64,000 bases of DNA from the human T2T-CHM13v2.0 reference genome, Homo sapiens, in assembly GCF_009914755.1 (NCBI RefSeq), contig NC_060927.1; one strand, given 5' to 3'. Shown here piece after piece: positions 27,359 through 41,289 of the stretch (the stretch's first letter is position 1; each line of letters begins with the position of its first letter). The position numbers and the translations under genes were made by a program. A model generated the notes under the pieces. That model saw only the letters and a list, made by a program, of their open reading frames with translations, was not told where the DNA came from and ran no database searches.

Positions 27359-30161
27359 CAATAAAGTATTGTATATGCTCATATTATTACCCTTTTGTTC
27401 ATGATTTAATCAGGCAAAATGCAGTGAATCAATTGCCTCCAGTGTACAGATAAAGTTGTTTTCACAGATTTTTCCTCAAACTGATTATGCACATTTATCT
27501 TTGGGTGATAATAATAATTACATAATTGACTAATGACTTGTATAAATTTATTAGAATATACCAGACAGTATATAAGCATGTTTATAACATTTTGCTTAAT
27601 CTTCACGGTAACTGTTTAGTAGATATGATTAACTGTCTGATTTTCCTTTTTAACAGTTGAATCTAATAACTTGCTTGGATCATATGGCTCCTAAGTGGAG
27701 CAGAACTCAGGTTTGCCTCATTCCAGAGGCCACGTTCTTGACTACAGCATGCATGCAATTATAAAACACTACCATCGAGGATGAAAATCTATACCCGTAA
27801 ATTTTGGAAAGTAATAAAATTTTGATGAATCCAAGTCAGAATGAGTTCATACTCCAGTTGCTAATCAAGACACACACAGGTAGTCACATTTTCAACCACC
27901 TTTATTTTTGATGCATAAAAAAAAAAAACCTGTGAGTGCATTTTGTCTTTTGAGTGTTTTCTTTTGACATGTATATAAGCAGTGGTTAAACAAACAGTAT
28001 CTCTGAAGGACCTTAACTTTAACCAAAAAACATTCACAGTAATTCCATCTATACCATGTTCTCTCCCAACCCCCAATCAAATTCTTAAAAATCAGAATGG
28101 AAAAAAAATTTTTTTCAGTTAAGCTGACTATAGTATTGCATACTTTTATTCTTAGCTTAATAACAATATTTTGAAATACATTTTGTCCCTAGTTACCAGT
28201 CCGGTTAACTTCAGACCTATGGTATAGACATTCTTTGCTAGTTTTCTTTTCACATTTTGTGGAATGTAATACTCCATTTCTCAGTATTCACAGTGATAGA
28301 GCTTACATTCTTCACTCAAAAACATTTAATAATGGCACTTCATAGCAAAAAATCTACCTTCTCTACCATTGTGTCTACACCTCTTCACTATGTGCCCTCA
28401 GCTACATAAGGAGAACTTGACCTAGTCCTGAAATCACCACACCTCCATACATTTTCTCTGCTTGCAATTCTCTATGTTTCCTGCATGGCAAATTTATTCT
28501 TCCTTAAAGGCTCCTTCAAAGAGTCTTACCTACCCCTCAAACCCCTACCCAAAATTATACAGAAAGTTTCTTTTAAGGCTTCTATAGCACAGGAGCTAGT
28601 ATATAATGGGAGAAAAATAAATGATTTATAGAATTGTCGACTGCATTAAAAATGAATTAGAGACTGAGCTACCTGTCAGGAGGCCTCTTCTCTCTTACAA
28701 AATGTAAAAAGCTCCTTGTTTAAATTTCAAGTACCCACTCCCCTTGTGGCTATAATTGACTTGGACTAGCAATAGCCAAATGAACATATGTGAACAGTAG
28801 ATGCCAAATAATGCAATTTTATTGAAATACGAATGTGGCTTTTTTGTTGGTGGGAGGATGTGCTGCTCTCCCACCATATATACTTGTTTCAAAAAATGCA
28901 GCATAAGGAAAAAACCAGATCCCATCTGCCAGGCCAAATAGCTATAAAGTGGAAAAATCAGGTTTTTAATGAATCCATTGAGAGTAACTTGAGTTATTTT
29001 TTAATGTAAGGGCAAATAAACTTTTGAGCAGAGTTACATAACCATGTAGTAGTCTTTTAATTTATAGCTAAGCCAAATTCAGATCCTGGTTTTAGCTAAA
29101 TTAGAGTGCTCCCAAAAGACAGAATGATTAGATAATACAAGTAGGCTTTTGTTGGCCTCTTCTTCTAAAATATAGCTCACAGTCTAAGAAGACTAGAATT
29201 CAATTTTCAATTCAAGACAAGTAAACATGTCTGCATATATTCATAAGACTCACTGAACAACTGAACTTTGTTTTTTTATTTTCTTTAGCACATATCCACA
29301 ATAAGAGTGTTGCTCTTTCATAGTCCAGTCGGAAGTAGTGTAGAATAAAGGCAGACACCTGTTCTTTCACCCGTTTTGGCCACATCTTCTAGCTCCATTT
29401 TAAGACTTCAATTTTGACAATTTTTTCTCTTAATCTACTAATAGAATCATTTGAAATATAACTCATCCATAGGAATTAGATGGTTAGCAAAGAAAGAGCC
29501 TCTATATTGATAAATAATTAATTATAATTGTGTTATGTAAAGGCCAAGATATTGCAGACAAACAGAGGTATTTAGGGCTTGTCACTGTTAATATTTGTTG
29601 TTCTCCTTGAGCATCATTATACTTCACAACGTTTTTCTTCAAAACAGGAGGAAGAATTTCGCAGAAACATGACTTTGAATCCAACATACGTCCTGTACCA
29701 ATTGAATGGTGCTGGCCACTAGTTTAACACATCTGTCTCAGGAAGGGAATAATGATGTTCTATCTACCTTATGGGTTAATGTGAACATTTTCATATTACG
29801 ATTATTAAGCAGTACAGGTTGTTTGGCTAATTATATATGAATCAGGTGAAGGCATTTCGTAAATTATTTGCCTCAGTCTTGGACTTAGGAAACCTTAGCT
29901 TGCGTCCCAACTCTACCTCTGGGCAGTTTTGTGATCCAAGCACACTTAATCTTTTGAACTTCATTTATTCATCTGGACAGAGAGGGACAAAATTCCTCAC
30001 TCAAAGTTACAGTGGTTTAAATGAAAACAAAAAGCCCATCATGTGGAACACATAGATGATAAATATAAGTTGAATCTGAACTATAGAATATAAGTTTTCC
30101 ACCTGTTAATAGTAATACCATTAACAACAATAATAATGGCACACAGATTTCACAATCTTAA

Positions 30162-30635
30162 TGTTGGGGCTCAGAACATAATAACCCAAAAGATGGCACC
30201 TTAGTGTACTATTTTAAGTTGAAGGAACTTGAAAAAAATCACAGAAGCAGGAGTCTCTGACCTCCCTCCCTTCTCCCCTGAAGACCCTAATGTGACAGGT
30301 GTTCTGCCCTGAATGTGAAGAGAAGAAGTGTCACACCTCTTAGAGAGGCTAAGACGAATCTGGACAGACAGTCCTTGCTATGTTTCTTCCAGTTTATTAC
30401 CATTAGATCATACACTTTTGTCCTCCAATCATACTTCTTCTGCACAACTATTCATAAAATACAGAGTTTCCCTGTGTTTTTGGCTCTTCATTTCTGACAG
30501 CTTCTATGTCATGTAGAACTATGGTTAAATAAATTTGTTATGTTTTTCTTTTGTTAATCTGTTTTTCATTACAGGGGTCTCAGCTATGAGCCTTGTGATG
30601 GGTTGAAGAAAACATGTTACTTTACCTCCCCTTCA
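30162..30635 (+). mobile_element. ERV1 (MER4-group) solo LTR, subfamily uncertain
   Basis: TG...CA ends (tgttggggctcagaa...ctccccttca), internal AATAAA then tttgttatg...ttttgttaatctg. Confidence 0.75.
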
Positions 30636-33600
30636 TTGCTGAGTGCAGAAAGCTGGTCTAAGCACTGGATTTTACAGTTCTCCTGTCTATGGCATGTGTT
30701 TGTATTTCAGAAGTGAAGTAAAAGAAATCCACATTTTTAATATTATCAAGGAAACATACCCAAACAGCTGAATTATCCCTCTAGTATTTACACATTTGAG
30801 TAGAATAGGTTTTCTAAATATCTAAGTTGCCTAAAATTCTAAATATCTTTATGAAGTTCTTTTTGTTAGAAGATAATCGGTTATGGGTATTTGAAAGAAA
30901 AGTTTCTAGGACTTTTTGGTTGTTTCCTAAAAGTATGGTGTTACAAAAATGTTTGCTTCCTACTCACAGTCAGTGAGAGGTAAGGGTATCGCACTCATTG
31001 GGGATCACCCAAAGAATACCCTGGACCAGGGGACTTGGATGTTTAGGAAGATTGTTCAGAGAATGGTTTTGACCATTTCTGAGTGAGATAATATAGAGAA
31101 TAATGGGGATGGAGGAAGGAACGGATAGCATGGGTTATGTCTGGGTGATTAGATGGATTGTCGGAATCAGAACCCATCTTATTCTCTGTAATTTGTCTGA
31201 AGCTCCCACGAGCCTCAAGTCAAGGGCCCTGCCCCACCACTTATTGTACATAATTAACACATTGTGGTAAATTAAACAAGTCACTATTTTCTGTCACTTC
31301 TGATTCTACTTAAATCAGAGACTTTATCACGAACAATTTGCCACTCTTTAGCATTGTTCTCAAGGGCAATTTTCCCCATTGATTCTTTGCACAGAAAGTC
31401 AGGACCTTCTGGCAATACAGGAAGAAGGTGGGAGTCAGGTGGGTTAAAAGTAGAGAAGAAAAGAAAAAGCAACACCTTTGACCTGTAGAATGTGGGACAA
31501 ATATGTTGGCAATGTATAATAGAATCCAAGGTTGAAAGGGATCTTTTAAAAAAAACTGTTTTAGTTCTCACTCAGTGGAGCAATCATTTTTATTACCATA
31601 TGTCTGATATCCACCCCACCTCTTCTTGAATGCCATCCACAATTCTTGAGTATCAGTCTGTTTCTTTGTTGCTAGAAATGTCTTTCTTAAGACAAGTGCT
31701 GTCGTTATAGAACCTCTAGTCTTGACAATCCTCTACTTGACAGTTCTAATAGTTGAAGGTAGCTTTCATGTTTCATTACTCTTTTTCTCTGAGTAAAAAA
31801 ATCATTGCTTTAATAGCTCTGATATTGTTAACCAACCTCCTCTGAAGATAAACAGTAAGTTCTTTTTGTAATTGCCAAAGCCATGGGGCTGTGGTTTAAA
31901 GTACATTATTATGGAAAATTTAATTTTTTAAATTATGTAAGTAATATATGTATTTTACGCCAAATCATTCATAATCCCACCCTGAAATAACCGCTGTTTA
32001 CATTTTCATGTGCTTTTCTTTATGTATTTTATATCGTTTAGAAAAATAGGTTATATAAATAATTTTGAGTCCTGCTTTGTTTCCAATGTTATGGTTCCAA
32101 CAATTTTCTGTGTCTTTAACGCTCTTTTAGAAGATGTCATCAGCAATTCATCCTAAATCCAGTATTCTTTTCTGATAATACCTTCTTCTTAACCTCTTCA
32201 CCCTAAGTATCTGCAAAGATTCTTTTTAAAGTAGTTAGTCAACATCAGGAAGATGGCTACAAAGACTTGAAGAGCTGGCCTGGTAATCATTGATAACAAA
32301 ACACTTCAGGTACAACAGAAAGCCAATGCTTTTTATTTAAAAAGTTAGCTTAAACTGAGAACACTTTCTTCTTTGTTGACTAAATCTTCCTTCTTGAAAA
32401 GACATTTCTTAAGCAGATAAAGAAATTTACACCCTCAGTTCATAAGGTATTTAATGTTTATATTCTCATGATGACAAACTGAGAGCCATTAGCACAAGGA
32501 GACTCTCTCCTGATGACAGAGGTGGATCTCCAGTGAAAGGAACCAAGTGAAGGTAAAGCGGTACAAGGCTTTGTAACCATAGTTACTTTAAGTCTAAGAT
32601 TTTAAAGCTATTGTTTCCATTATGAAAGATGCATTAACATTCCTTTATGTCTACTCTTGGAAACCTTGTTATCATGACTAGCCTATTTACTTACTTATCT
32701 CTTAAGAGGTGGTTAGGCTTAATTAATTCTTAAACATTAACCTTGAAGATATATTCTGGAGGGTGGGAGAAGGGTTTTACTCTTTGAAAATGGGAAGGAG
32801 TAAACTCAGTGAAATGCTCAAATTCTGAGAGTAGCAGAAACTTTACCTTATGGACTTCTTTAAGAATTTGCTTCTACTTAATCCAGAAAATTCTGGAAAT
32901 GCCCTCTTATGTCAATATGCATGCACCTAAATGAAGTGAAGGGTGAAATGGGGGTACTTTGGAAAGCAGTCCTAAAAAGAAACTTGTTATGTACTTAGCA
33001 GCTAATCATTCTTTTAGTTGTAACAGCTGTTTTCTTGTAAATGGTAAAAATATTCATGGTAAACTACGGGAATCATTCATACATTCATGACAATGAAGTA
33101 GGATGTTCTTTTATGACTAGGCTATTACCACATTAAGAGAAACTGCTGCCTCAGATTTTTTCTTTTCCCCTTTGTAGCAAATATTCTGACAACCACACAA
33201 TTTTATCATTTGCATTGAGAGGCTGGCTACAGTAAACTACTATATCATTGTAAAAAGCACTCTCTCATTGCTACTTCCATTTTTGAAAAAGGAATACTAG
33301 TGTGAGTTGTTCCTAATTGTTTATAATAAATTTTCAGCGTAAGAAGTTTTCACCTTACTTTTCAAAAACATTCTGAACACCAGTGTTAGCCTTACTAAAG
33401 ACTTTTTTCTGAAGTTGTTTATTGCCTTGCAGAGCAAGAGGAACTTAACTCTCACTTAAAGCAGGCCTATAAAATTTAATATGATAATCTTCCTCAATTA
33501 GACTCAACATGCTTACCCGAGTACTGTGCATCCAGGAAATTTTAGCTTGGACATAATTTTCTCAGAGAAGCCTTCTGTTTCTCTGCACTAAAACAGCCAT

Positions 33601-34769
33601 GCTACCAACACACTCTCTGATCATATTTTAAGTCCTCCTAGCACCCTAATTTTCTTTATATGACTGAGCACATTTTAAATTCTTACTCAATTCTTGTCTT
33701 TTCCACCAAGTTTAAAACTATGTCAAAGTAAACTATCATCTGTGCTTTCCTAGTGTTGTTTCCTCAGGACCATGCATAGTGCTTTGCACATGGCTGGCCT
33801 TAGATAAATGTTTGCTGAATGAATAAAATTGATGCATTAACTGTACTGTGTTATGTTCCTTGAAGCATGAACTTTTCCATAATACCACTTTATCAGTTTT
33901 GTTTGAGAAAAAAAGATGAGGAGTGCAACTCTGTGCTTTGGAAAGCAAAATCTAGAATATCTGACTTGATGCATGCCCATAGTTAGTGACATAGTCTACC
34001 ATCTTGGATTAAGCTTGAGACTTTCTCCCTCTCACGCCAACCTCTATTCCATCTCAGGAAGAGTATAAACATAAACCAAGGGCAGTATTGGGTCATAAGC
34101 AAGAATATGAAACCTTTCATTTGACAATAGAAGTTAAAACATTTTGTGTTCCCATAGTAAATATTGTGATTGGGAAGAACTATTTGACTCCTTGAGAAGA
34201 TTATAGAGTTTTTCAATTCGACTGTTTCCTTGAGAATAAGGAAAGAAATTCATTATTACAACTGAAAATGAATGAATGAAGATCCAGGGTAAATGTATTC
34301 TGGAAATAATATTTCATGGAAGATACTCCCCCTTTATTCTAAGCACTGCCAAAAATGATTTGATGCTGAATGTAACATTCAGGGCAAAATAATGAGATCA
34401 AAAGGGGTGTATTATAGTTATATTAAGCTAGTCTGATCCTTTGAAATCTGTGTAAAAGGCCTGACAAAGCAGTAATTTTTACATATGGAAATGTATTTAT
34501 AATAAAAGCATACGGATAATAAATTGCCTTTGTTGAATGAATAAAGTTAGATTAAATTCACAATGCCTGTAAAACCAGCATATTGTGAAAAACAAACAAA
34601 CAAAAAACCAACCTGTAGTCTGGAGCTTCATGTTCTAGTACAACTTTTTGTCCTAAAATTATCATGGGCATTATGATAAATTATCATAATCTGTTGGAGA
34701 TTCAGCTTCACCACACGTAAAAATACACTTAGATTAAATGACCTTAAGTATTCCTACCAAGTTTACTGT

Positions 34770-37700
34770 TGTATTAGTCCATTTTCATACTGCTGATAAA
34801 GACATATCTGAGGCTGGGAAGAAAAAAAGGTTTAATTGGACTTACAGTTCCACATGGCTGGGGAGGCCCCAGAATCACGGCAGGAGGGGAAAAGCACTTC
34901 TTACATGCTGCAGCAAGAGAAAATGAGGAAGATGCGAAGGTGGAAACCCCTGATAAAACCATCAGATCTTGTGAGACTTATTCACCACCACAAGAACAGT
35001 ATGGGGAAAACTGTCCCCATGATTCAAATTATCTCCCACTGGGTCCCTCCCACAACACGTGGGAATTATAGGAATACAATTCAAGATGAGATTTGGGTGG
35101 GGACACAGAGGCAAACTATATCATTCCACCCTGTCCCCTCCAAGTCTCATGTCCTCACATTTCAAAAACAATCATGCCTTCCCAATAGTCCCGCAAAGAC
35201 TTAACTCATTTCAGCATTAACCCAAAAGTCCACAGTCCAATGTGTCATCTGAGACAAGGCAAGTCCCTTCTGTCTATGAGTCTGTAAAATCAAAAGCAAG
35301 TTAATTACTTCCTAGATACAATGGGGGTACAGGTATTGGGTAAATACAGCCATTCCAACTGGGAGAAATTGTCCAAAAAAGGGGGTTACAGGGCCCATGC
35401 AAGTCCAAAATCCAGGGGGGAAGTCAAATTTTAAAGCTCCAAAATGATCTCTTTTGACTTCAGGTCTCACATCCAGGTCACACTGATGCAAGAGGTGAGT
35501 TCCTATGGTCTTGGGCATCTCTGCCTCTGTGGCTTTGCAGGGTACAGCCTCCCTCCCAGCTGCTTTCATGGGCTGGCACTGAGTGTCTGCAGCTTTTCCA
35601 GGCGAATGATGCAAGCTATCGGTGGATCTAACATTCTGAGGTCTGGAGGATGGTGGCCCTTTTCTCTCAGCTTCACTAGGTGGTGCCCCAGCAAGGACTC
35701 TGTGGCCCCTACGGGAAGTGGGCATGCCCAGCAGGGACCCAGGAGGGACTCAGACTCCACATTTCCCTTCTGTACTGCCCTAGCAGAGGTTCTCTATGAG
35801 AGCCCCACCCCTGCAACAAACTTATGCCTGGGTATCCAGGATTTTCCATACATCTGAAATCTAGACTGAGGTTCCCAAACCTCAATTCCTGACTTCTGTG
35901 CACTCGCAGACTCAACATCACATGGAAGCTGCCAAGACTTGGGGCTTGCACCCTCTGAAGCCATGGCCCAAGCTCTACACTGGCCCCTTTCAGCCACGGC
36001 TGGAGCAGCTGGGACGCAGGGCACCAAGTCCCTAGGCTGCACACAGCACTGGGACCCTGGGCCTGGACCACTAAACATTTCCTCCTAGGCTTCCTGGCCT
36101 GTGATGGGAGGGCCTGCTGTGAAAACCTCTGACGTGCCCTGCAGACATTTTCCCCATTGTCTTGGGATTAACCTTCAGCTCCAAGTTACTTATGCAAATT
36201 TCTGCAGCCTGCTTGAGTTTTTCCCCACAAAATGGGTTTTTCTTTTCTATCATATTGTCAGGCTGCAAATTTTCCAAACTTTAATGCTCTGCTTCCCTTA
36301 TAAAACTGAATGCCTTTAATAGCACCCAAGTCACTTCTTAAATGCTTTGCTGCTTAGAAATTTCTTCCACCAGATACCCTAAATCATCTCTCCCAAATTC
36401 AAGGTTCCACAAATCTCTAGGGCAAGGAAAAAAGGCTGCCAGTCTCTTTGCTAAAACATAACAAGAGTCACCTTTGCTCCAGTTTCCAGCAAGTTCCTCA
36501 TCTCCATCTGAAACTACCTCAGCCTGGACCTTATTTTCCATGTCACTATCAGGCTTTTGGTCAAAGCCATTCAACAAGTCCCTAGGAAGTACCAAACTTT
36601 CCCACACTTTCCTGTCTTCTTCTGAGCCCTCCAAACTCTTCCAACCACTGCCTATTACCCTGTCCCAAAGTCGCTTCCACATTTTCAGGTATCTTTTCAG
36701 CTACGCCCCACTCTATTGGTACCAGTTTACAGTATTAGGCCATTTTTATGCTGCTGATAAAGACATACCCAAGACTAGGAAGAAAAAGACGTTTAATTGG
36801 ACTTACAGTTCCACATGGCTGGGAGGCCTCAGAATCATGGTGGGTGTCTTGCGCATCCGTGTGAAGAGACCACCAACAGGCTTTGTGTGAGTAATAAAGC
36901 TTTTTAATCACCTGGGTGCAGGTGAGTCTGAAAGGAGAGTCAGCAAAGGGAGTTAGGGGTGGGGCAGTTTTATAGGATTTGGGTAGGTAGTGGAAAATTA
37001 CAGTCAAAGGGAGTTGTTCTCCTGTAGGCAGGGGTGGGGGTCACAAGGTGCTTAGTCGGGGAGCTTCTGAGCCAGGAGAAGGAATTTCACAAGGTAATAT
37101 CATCAGTTAAGGCAGGAATCGGCCATTTTCACTTCTTTTGTGATTCTTCAGTTGCTTCAGGCCATCTGGATGTATACGTGCAGGCTTGGGCTCAAAGGCC
37201 TGACATTCCTGTCTTATATTAATAAGAAAAGCAAAACCAGATAGTGGTGAAGTGTTAGGGTGGTGAAAATTTTTGGAGGTGGTATGAAGAGATAATGGGC
37301 GATGTTTCTCAGGGCTGCTTTGAGTGGGATTAGGGGCGGTATGGGAACCTAGAGTGGGAGAGATTAAGCTGAAGAAAGATTTTGTGGTAAGGGGTGATAT
37401 TGTGGGGTTGTTAGAAAGAGCATTTGTTGTGTAGAATGATAGGTGATGGCCTCGATACGGTTTTGTATGAATTGAGAAACTAAACGGAAGACACAAGGAC
37501 TGAATAAGAGAAGGAGAAAAACAGGTATTAGAGGACTAAGAGTTGGGAGGACCCAGGACATCCAATTAGAGAGTGCCCAAGGAGGTTCAGCATGATTATT
37601 TGCTTGGTTGGTGAGTTTTTGGGCCCTATCTTTGAGTTTTTTTTTATGTTGCCATGTACCATGCCAGATTGATTTAGGTAAAAACAACACTTTTCATTTA

Positions 37701-39484
37701 AAAATATACAGAGTCCTCCTTTTTCAGCAGTAAGTCAAGACCTATTCCCGTCTTATTGTATTAATAATAAGAAAAACAAAACAAGATAGTGGTGAAGTAT
37801 TGGTGTCATGAGGGGAACAGGAAGCTGTTCGGTAATATTTGCAAACTGATTTTTAGGGGTAAGGAAAACTAGTGTACATGTGCCTGTCTAATTAACAGGT
37901 AGACACATGTAGGTAGAGGAGCCACAGAGGAAGAAGAGACCTTGTGTAAGGCAAAACTAGAAATGTAAAGTAGGGGAAAGAATTGGAGTGTGTTTTTTCA
38001 GCAAAGGTCATTTATCCACTGTAAGAGGGAGTTAAGAGTGGTGGTTAGGGGATAAGACCAGGACCAGCTATGATGGTTTGGAGAAAAAATATAAGCCAGT
38101 AGTGTAGACAAGGGTGGGCACTCATGGATAAGTGAGAACGAAGAATAAGAGTATGACTAGACAGAAGACAGCAAGGATGAAAAGTTTTTAGGATGCAGTT
38201 TAAGTAGTAGGGGTGACTGCATAAAGCACTATTGCAAAGAGTAGGGTAAGGATGAATAGACCTAACAAAATGAAAGGATGTATTAGGCTCATAAGGGTCA
38301 CTACTGTTCTTTAGAAATGTGGGTGACTTTAAGGGAAGTAGGGATAAGTACTTGCGACTTCTAGGAGGAAGAGGAGAGATCAAGCTGGCTGTCTGATGGA
38401 CACAGCTTTATTCTGGAATGGTAAACCCAGTGGGGAGGGTCCTGCAGGTGGAGGCAGTTGGGGTATTATAGATGACTAAGTAGGGTCTGGTCCAATGAGG
38501 TTGTAGAGTTTGAGGGATCGGATTCTTAACAAGAACTGATTCCCACTAGCGTGTCTTTATATGGCTGGGAATCTGGAGTAGGCAAGAGAAGATTAGCAAC
38601 CTAGCGAATTTCCTATCTAGCCTGCTGGAGGACTGGAAGATAGTCGCCTAGAGGGCTGGTGTCTGGGAAGAGGTTGGGGCTGAGCAAGAAAGTGAATTAT
38701 GTCTAACAGAAGGGAAGAAATGACTGCAGCGGCCCTCTCAGGCCTTGTGGGAAAAGCCTCTACATATCCAGTGAAAGTGTCTTTCCAGACCAAGAGGTAT
38801 TTTAGTTTCCTGACTCAGGGCTTTTGAGTAAAGTCAATTTGCCAGCCCGGGGCAGGGGCAAATTTGTTTCAGGACCAAATGTCATGTGCATCTGTGTGAA
38901 GAGACCACCAACAGGATTTGTGTGAGCAATAAAGCTTTTTAATCACCTGGGTGCAGGTGGGCTGAGTCCAAAAAGAGTCAGCAAAGGGAGTTAGGGGTGG
39001 GACAGTTTTATAGGATTTGGGTAGGTAGTGGAAAATTACAGTCAAAGAGGGTTGTTGTCTTGCAAGCAGGGGCAGGGGTCACAAGGTGCTCAGTGGGGAG
39101 CTTCTGAGCCAGGAGAAGGAATTTCACAAGGTAATGTCATCAATTAAGGCAGGAACTGGCCATTTTCACTTCTTTTGTGATTCTTCAGTTGCTTCAGGCC
39201 ATCTGGATATATGTGCAGGCTTGGGCTCAGAGACCTGATAGAGGGAGGTGAAAGGAACTTCTTACATGGGAGCAGCAAGAGAAAATGAGGAAGACACAAA
39301 AGCAGAAAGCCCTGATAAAACCATCAGATCTCGTGAGACTTATTCACTACCACAAGAACAGTATGGGGGAACCACCCCCATGATTCAAATTATCTCCCAC
39401 CAGGTCCCTTCCACAACACATGGGAATTATGGGAGTACAATTCAACATGAGATTTGGGTGGGAACACAGAGCCAAACCATATCA
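34770..39484 (-). mobile_element. Full-length THE1A/B MaLR: 3' LTR 34770-35123, internal 35124-36730, 5' LTR 36731-39484 split by HERV-H
   Basis: Two homologous LTRs around a ~1.6-kb internal region; 5-bp TSD actgt/actct. Confidence 0.93.
36845..39240 (-). mobile_element. Internally deleted HERV-H provirus with two LTR7-family LTRs (36845-37205 and 38880-39240)
   Basis: LTR7 ends and TSD gtggg/gaggg. Minus-strand integrase remnant [32 protein letters not shown] (~38745-38844). Env TM remnant in ORF 37364-37690 ([37 protein letters not shown]). Confidence 0.93.
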
Positions 39485-39667
39485 ACTCTTTTGTGACCCA
39501 AAATACTCCAGGTGTTCTAAGAGCTCAAGATGGCTAGCAATGACGCTGCCTCTTGCATTGGAAGGGAAGAGGAGGTGTACTGAAAGGAATAAGTTAATGA
39601 GAAGATGGAGGCAAAGAGAAGGCAACGTGTTTGTGGGTTAGCATATGAATAAATGCATGAAAGAATG

Positions 39668-40108
39668 TGTATCGGTTACCTAGTGTTGCCATAGCAAAGT
39701 ACCACAAACTGGGTGATTCAAAAAGACAGGAATTTATTGTCTCACAGTTTTGTATGGTGAAAGTTTAAAACTGAGTTGTTGGCAGGCCCATGTTCCCTCT
39801 GAAACCTGTAGGGAAGAATTCTTTTTCTAGCTTTTGGTGGTTTGCTGTTAATCTTTGGCATGCCTTACGATGCAGATGCATAGCATGGTTAGCACGGCAT
39901 TCATCTTGTGTCTCTATCTCATTACATGGGTATCTTCTTATAAAGACACCACTCAGATTTAGTTAGAGATCCAACCTACTCTAGTATGACTTTATCTTAA
40001 TTAATTGCATCTGCAATGACTCCATTTCCAATAAAGTCACATTCTGAAGTACTGGGGTTTAGGACTTCAACATATCTTTTGGGAGAAGACATTATTCAAC
40101 TCATAACA
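39668..40108 (-). mobile_element. MLT1 (MLT1C-like) solo LTR
   Basis: gccatagcaaagtaccacaaactggg...gtcacattctgaagtactgggg...ataaca. Confidence 0.85.
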
Positions 40109-40575
40109 AATTGCATCTGAGATAATCCTCAAGTAATTTTTCTCAATCTGTTATCCATTGTTGCTCCACTAAGACACCCCTTTGGATATCTTCTTCATAA
40201 TTGCTCCTCCAAGAAATGTTAATACCACAGATCTATAACTGTTTAAATCATTTAGCCCTTTGGAAAATCAAACACCATTGTTGTATCTAAGAATCTAAGG
40301 GTTTGTTTTTGTTTTTGCCTATCAGGAAGTATCCATTTTTATGTTCTTGATAATTGAGAATACATGCTGAGAATTAGGGAAAAATTCATGTTGTATGATC
40401 AAAGGAAACCTTTTAATAATATATATTGTTATTATTTTGTTTGCCTGGACCAGGACATTTGCTCTGTTATAAATAAAATGCTAATATTGTTTTGTTTTGT
40501 GTTAAAGAGACATTATATATAGTAAACATTTTGAATTATTCTTTTTTAATAGTTTTCTTATTTTCAGGTTATTAA

Positions 40576-40896
<321 letters not shown>

Positions 40897-41289
40897 TATT
40901 TCAGGTAATTATAATCCAGATTATTTCATTGATTTCTTGGAGCCATAAAACATGTTGAATTACCATGGATATCTAAAAATGAGTTTAAAAAATTTTATTT
41001 TTTCATCAGAAATACTCTTGGCTGTGGTTTAATTCTTTTTCATGTTATATATAAGTTAAATGTATGAAAGCAAGATAAAATGATCTAAGATTCCTTATAA
41101 TCCCCATGTGGGCTTCAGGCTTCTTTAATTGGAAGTCAATTTATGACAAAGTTGAGTGCATAGGAAAAATTCTTGGTAGAGAGAGCATATTACTGTAGAT
41201 GAATTACATATTCTCTAGACAATATATTTTGCTAAAAGAAGAGATCAAGAAGACAAAAGGACAAAACCAAGAGAAAGAGGTCTCACAAC

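Noticed and set aside
34836-36890. Cluster of overlapping 100-138 aa ORFs
   Set aside because: All lie within THE1 LTR or internal sequence.
37205-37805. ~55-bp repeat at ~37205 and ~37744 inside HERV-H
   Set aside because: As I recall, this is part of the HERV-H internal consensus rather than a locus-specific event.
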